32,000 nt of DNA from Synechocystis sp. PCC 6803 substr. PCC-P. GTDB lineage: Bacteria > Cyanobacteriota > Cyanobacteriia > Cyanobacteriales > Microcystaceae. Where the stretch lies: NCBI RefSeq assembly GCF_000284455.1, contig NC_017039.1, forward strand, positions 2,760,001 through 2,792,000, written 5' to 3'. Under the pieces are notes generated by a model. It was not told where the DNA came from. It searched no databases and saw only the letters and a program-made list of their open reading frames with translations. Shown here piece by piece: positions 28,548 through 32,000 of this stretch (position 1 is the stretch's first letter; every line of letters begins with the position of its first letter). The translations under genes were made by a program, and so were the position numbers.

Positions 28548-28751
28548 CTAATTTTGCTAGTGCAGGAAAACAGAAAATTAGTCCGTAAAGACTATATCAA
28601 GACCAGCTCGGGACAAAAAATTGCTCTTAAGCCAAAACCACAATCCACTTTGCCGCCGAATTTTGCGACTCTCCCCGTATTTGATCGCGTCATGTCATCT
28701 AGTTGTGACCATTGCAGTAAAGTACCGCCCGTATACTTCGAAAATCCCTAA
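28548..28751 (+). pseudogene. 5'-truncated remnant of a paralogue of the 598-aa membrane protein (C-terminal ~65 codons only)
   Basis: The translation (I)LLVQENRKLVRKDYIKTSSGQKIALKPKPQSTLPPNFATLPVFDRVMSSSCDHCSKVPPVYFENP aligns with the C-terminus of ORF 26278-28074: VLLVEEQGQLVRKEKFQTTAGEIIYLKPKTNDQPTLDLPTTVIFEHLMPPPDCDYCGSVPRIYFQPQE. Shared blocks are LVRK, LKPK, CDxC, VPxxYF, and the stop is at the equivalent position. Homology starts within a few nt of element B's end. Confidence 0.7.
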
Positions 28752-28806
28752 AATTCTTACTCTTCAGTGCATAGACTATGGGATGAATCTGCCCTAAAAA
28801 TAAAGT

Positions 28807-28836
28807 TTGGCAAAAATTCCCCCGATCAGTTATGAT
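28807..28836 (+). promoter_or_regulatory. Candidate sigma70-type promoter for the tRNA-fMet gene (TTGGCA-N18-TATGAT)
   Basis: TTGGCA at 28807-28812 and TATGAT at 28831-28836. The -10 box ends 11 nt before the first tRNA nucleotide. Confidence 0.4.
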
Positions 28837-28881
28837 ATTCGAAGCGACGCGGGATAGAGCAGTCTGGTAGCTCGTCGGGCT

Positions 28882-29536
28882 CAGGTCGCAAGATGTAAAC
28901 CATGAGCACTAAGCTTAAGGGTGACATTGCAGAGCAAGCCGCCATTCTTCGTGCATTGAAGCTTGGTTGGGGGGTTCTGAAGCCATTGGGAGACCGTCTT
29001 TCTTACGATTTGGTCTTTGATGTCGAAGGGATCCTTCTGAAGGTGCAGGTTAAAAGCTCCTGGTTCAGCGAAAAGACTGGCAACTATGTTGTTGACAATC
29101 GCAGAACAAGGACAAACAGAAGAAACATTGTTAGATCTCCTTATCGTGGGAATGACTTTGATTTTGCTGTTGCCTACGTCGAAGAACTTGAGCTGTTTTA
29201 CGTCTTCCCGGTTGATGTCTTTATCAGTTACGGCAGTGAAATTCACCTGGTCGAAACTGATAAGCGTCAGAGAAAACCAAGGTCATTCGGTTACCGAGAG
29301 GCTTGGCATCTCATCTTGCAAAAAGGGGCTGCGCAAAAGGAAACTTCTGCGTGATTATCTCTCAAATTCGGGGAAGCCTTTCAAATGGTAATCCCGAGCC
29401 AAACCTAGGAATGCTTGGTGTTTCTGGGAAGGTGTAGAGACTTAATGGGAGACACCCTAACAGAAAAGCTGAGGGTGAAGAGAAAGTCCAGACCACAAAC
29501 TGACAGAGTCAGGCAGTGAAAACTGTAGTTGGTAAG
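28882..29536 (+). mobile_element. Group I self-splicing intron (655 nt) in tRNA-fMet
   Basis: Boundaries were placed so the 5' exon ends in U (28881) and the intron ends in G (29536), as group I introns require. A CA dinucleotide at both junctions allows a 1-2 nt shift. An intron at this position in cyanobacterial tRNA-fMet is established knowledge. Confidence 0.85.
28902..29354 (+). CDS. Intron-encoded PD-(D/E)XK-family homing endonuclease (I-Ssp6803I)
   Basis: 150-aa ORF lying wholly inside the intron. MSTKLKGDIAEQAAILRALKLGWGVLKPLGDRLSYDLVFDVEG..LKVQVKSS shows the restriction-endonuclease-like D...(E/Q)xK core. Identity as I-Ssp6803I is from memory. Confidence 0.85.
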   Translation: MSTKLKGDIAEQAAILRALKLGWGVLKPLGDRLSYDLVFDVEGILLKVQVKSSWFSEKTGNYVVDNRRTRTNRRNIVRSPYRGNDFDFAVAYVEELELFYVFPVDVFISYGSEIHLVETDKRQRKPRSFGYREAWHLILQKGAAQKETSA

Positions 29537-29597
29537 CATAACCCGAAGGTCGGTGGTTCAAATCCGCCTCCCGCCATTAAAAAAAAAGAAAAAAATT

Positions 29598-29631
29598 CCC
29601 CCCGCCGGATAATGGTTGGGGGGTTTGTTTT
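29598..29631 (+). terminator. Rho-independent terminator after the tRNA gene
   Basis: Stem CCCCCCGCC / GGTTGGGGGG (6 G-C pairs plus an inner extension), loop GGATAAT, followed by TTTGTTTT. It is preceded by an A-rich tract (29578-29595). Confidence 0.7.
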
Positions 29632-29647
29632 ATTCAATCTAAAGTTT

Positions 29648-30829
29648 ATGGCTACTGGTTCCACTGCCTACACTTGGCTAGACGATGCTCTAGAAACTAT
29701 TCAGCGGGCCCATTGGCATCGCCATCCCCAGATAATTACCCAAGGGCCAGGGCCAGAAATTAAGTTGGAGGGGCAACGGCTAGTTAATTTTGCTAGCAAT
29801 GATTATCTTGGCTTAGCTAGCCATCCCCACCTAAAAACAGCGGCCATTAAGGCGATCGCCGAATGGGGAACCGGCAGTACAGGTTCCCGGTTGCTGAGTG
29901 GCCACCGTCAGCTCCATCAAGACTTGGAACAGGCCATTGCCCGCTGGAAGGGGACGGAAGCCGCTTTGGTGTTCAGTTCTGGCTATTTGGCTAATTTGGG
30001 CACCATCACGGCGTTGGTGGGTAAACGGGATTTGATTTTAGCGGACGAATATAACCATTCCAGTCTGAAGCGTGGAGCCCAGTTGAGTGGAGCCAAGGTA
30101 ATTAACTATGACCATGGGTGCCCAGAGGTTTTGACCGATCTATTAATGAAACATCGAGACAATCACCGTCGTTGTTTGATTCTCAGTGATGGGGTGTTCA
30201 GTATGGATGGCGATTTATGTCCCTTGCCCCAGTTAGTGGCGATCGCCGAAGAATTTCAAAGCATGTTGCTAGTGGACGATGCCCATGGCACTGGCACTAT
30301 GGGAAAAATGGGCACGGGCTGTCGAGAACACTTTCAGTTACCGGTGGGAGATTGGATTCAGGTGGGAACCCTCAGTAAAGCTCTGGGGAGCCTGGGGGGT
30401 TATGTGGCTGGTAGTGCATCTTTGATAGATTTTCTGCGCAATCGAGCTGCCACTTGGATTTATACCACCGGCCTTTCACCGGCTGACACCGCCGCTGCCC
30501 TGGCGGCCATCCAACTGATCCAACGGGAACCAGAACGCATTGTCCAACTCCAGCTCAACGTTGATTACCTAGCCACAGGGTTGGAAAGTCTGACAAAATT
30601 AAACTTTCGGCGATCGCCAATTAATTCCCCCATCCTCTGGGTAGGGGCCGCCAATCCAGCCATGGCTCTGGAAATGGCCAAGCATTTACGAGAACAGGGC
30701 ATTTTTGCCCCGGCCATTCGTCCCCCCACGGTTCCCCACAGTCGAATACGTTTTTCGGTCATGGCCACCCACTCCCCAGGGCACATTGACCAACTATTAG
30801 AAGTACTGGACCACTATTACCCCAATTAG
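29648..30829 (+). CDS. bioF: 8-amino-7-oxononanoate synthase (PLP-dependent)
   Basis: 393 aa from the ATG at 29648. Motifs are [31 protein letters not shown] and the PLP-lysine region [13 protein letters not shown]. The 437-aa track ORF from 29516 overlaps tRNA exon 2 and the terminator, so it is over-extended. Confidence 0.9.
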
Positions 30830-30986
30830 AGTTGCCTTTGACGGTGCATAGTTGTCAGTCTCCCTACTTACCCCTTGAACATCACATCCCCGCCATGGGA
30901 CAGTGAACTCAGTAGAGGTTTTGGTTAAACTGAAAGTGAAACCAGCCATATCTTTTGATTTTTCACAGTAAGAGTAAGCATTATCA

Positions 30987-31748
30987 ATGGGCGACACTAT
31001 TACCCTCCTTTCCCGCCGAGAAATAGAAAAAATGCGGCAGGCGGGCCAACTAGCGGCGGCCCTACTTGATCACCTAGCGCCAATGGTGCAACCGGGCATA
31101 ACTACCCTAGAGCTGAATGACGAAGCGGAAAAATGGACGAAAGCCCACGGAGCCATCAGCGCCCCCCTTGGTTATAACGGTTTCCCCAAGTCTATTTGCA
31201 CCAGCATCAATGAAGTTATCTGCCATGGCATTCCCCACCGCAAACGGGTATTGCAGGCAGGAGACATCATCAACGTTGACGTTACCCCCATTGTGGACGG
31301 CTACCATGGCGACTGTTCCCGCACCTTTTTTGTCGGTACTCCCAGCCCAGTGGCAGAAAAACTGGTCAAAGTCACCGAAGAATGTCTACGCCTAGGCATT
31401 GAAGCAGTTAAACCCGGCGGTAAAATTGGTGATATTGGGGCCGCCATTCAAAGCCACGCTGAAGCCCAGGGATTTTCCGTTGTTCGTGATTTTGTTGGCC
31501 ACGGCATTAGCAAAATTTTCCATACCGCTCCCCAAATTCCCCATTATGGCAAAGCAGGCAAAGGCAAAAGATTACGCCCAGGGATGGTGTTTACCATTGA
31601 GCCCATGATCAATGAAGGCACCTGGGAAGCGGTATTACTAGATGATGGTTGGACTGCCATCACCAAGGACGGTAAGCTCTCCGCCCAGTTTGAGCACACC
31701 ATTGCCGTCACTGAAGATGGAGTGGAAATTTTGACCCTAGGGGAGTAA
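30987..31748 (+). CDS. map: Type I methionine aminopeptidase
   Basis: 253 aa. Metal-ligand motifs are NEVICHGIP, INVDVTPIVDGYHGD, GHGISKIFH, FTIEPM and QFEHTIAVT. Confidence 0.93.
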   Translation: MGDTITLLSRREIEKMRQAGQLAAALLDHLAPMVQPGITTLELNDEAEKWTKAHGAISAPLGYNGFPKSICTSINEVICHGIPHRKRVLQAGDIINVDVTPIVDGYHGDCSRTFFVGTPSPVAEKLVKVTEECLRLGIEAVKPGGKIGDIGAAIQSHAEAQGFSVVRDFVGHGISKIFHTAPQIPHYGKAGKGKRLRPGMVFTIEPMINEGTWEAVLLDDGWTAITKDGKLSAQFEHTIAVTEDGVEILTLGE

Positions 31749-31753
31749 ATACG

Positions 31754-32000
31754 GTGAAAAGTTGGCAAATCGAACTTTTATACGACGGTGAATGTCCCCT
31801 TTGTCTGAGGGAAGTTAATTTTCTCCGTAGTAAAGACCAGGGCCGGGGCTTAGTTAACTTTGTGGACATTGCTCAGCCGGACTACAATCCCCTAGACCAT
31901 GGCGGTGTCAGTTTTGAGGATGCCATGGCCCGTATCCATGGGGTGAAGGCTGACGGCAGTGTGGTAAAAAATGTGGCCGTTTTCCGAGAAGTTTACGAAA
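31754..32000 (+). CDS. DCC-family thiol-disulfide oxidoreductase (DUF393), N-terminal part; continues beyond the window
   Basis: GTG start at 31754, 5 nt after the map stop. VKSWQIELLYDGECPLCLREVNFLRSKD carries the family's D-C-x-x-C motif. Absent from the ORF track because it is open at the window end. Confidence 0.7.
   Translation, partial: MKSWQIELLYDGECPLCLREVNFLRSKDQGRGLVNFVDIAQPDYNPLDHGGVSFEDAMARIHGVKADGSVVKNVAVFREVYE

Larger units (their letters stand above)
28848..29576 (+). tRNA. Initiator tRNA-Met (CAU), interrupted in the anticodon loop by a group I intron; exon 1 is 28848-28881 and exon 2 is 29537-29576
   Basis: The joined exons give CGCGGGATAGAGCAGTCTGGTAGCTCGTCGGGCT|CATAACCCGAAGGTCGGTGGTTCAAATCCGCCTCCCGCCA, a perfect cloverleaf. 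Initiator hallmarks are three G-C pairs closing the anticodon stem (GGG/CCC) and an unpaired 1:72 position (C/C). CCA is not encoded. Confidence 0.92.

Noticed and set aside
28752-28847. Search for island hallmarks next to the tRNA (integrase gene, direct repeat of the tRNA 3' end as att site)
   Set aside because: No integrase-like ORF lies anywhere in 19-29.6 kb, and no second copy of GGTTCAAATCC or the acceptor arm was seen. The foreign-looking tract is 5' of the tRNA. A classical tRNA-targeted integrative island is therefore not supported.
29516-29647. N-terminal 44 codons of the 437-aa track ORF ([27 protein letters not shown]...) upstream of bioF
   Set aside because: This stretch reads straight through tRNA-fMet exon 2, an A-tract and a strong terminator hairpin. 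The conserved BioF sequence begins at the ATG at 29648.

Overview
From memory (no search run), this window matches the Synechocystis sp. PCC 6803 chromosome, roughly the slr0895-slr0919 neighbourhood. All but one gene are on the + strand. In order: a TPR protein (- strand, partial), prqR-prqA (TetR regulator plus MATE exporter), a large GH9 glucanase with two CBM2-like modules, and an NtcA-type promoter driving nirA. Next come cynS and a tightly packed molybdenum-cofactor block (moeA, moaA, a moaC-mobA fusion, moaD, moaE). Then a small orphan ORF, comM/yifB, a B12-binding radical-SAM protein and psbB (CP47). The region of most interest is 19.2-28.8 kb: five co-directional uncharacterised genes. 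They encode a 1014-aa protein with two tandem glycosyltransferase-like modules plus an FkbM methyltransferase domain, a coiled-coil FkbM methyltransferase, a class I SAM methyltransferase, and two very AT-rich polytopic GT-C-like membrane proteins. A truncated remnant of a paralogue of the last gene follows. The block is bracketed by two inverted ~100-110-nt MITE-like elements. Its distal 7.6 kb has no copy of the HIP1 octamer that is frequent elsewhere in the window. It abuts an initiator tRNA-Met gene split by a 655-nt group I intron that encodes the PD-(D/E)XK homing endonuclease I-Ssp6803I. bioF, map and the start of a DCC-family thiol-disulfide oxidoreductase close the window. I propose the 19.2-28.8 kb block as a candidate undescribed glycan or glycoconjugate synthesis and methylation system. 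This is inference from domain motifs read by eye. No CRISPR array, rRNA, intact IS element, integrase or recognisable defence system was seen.
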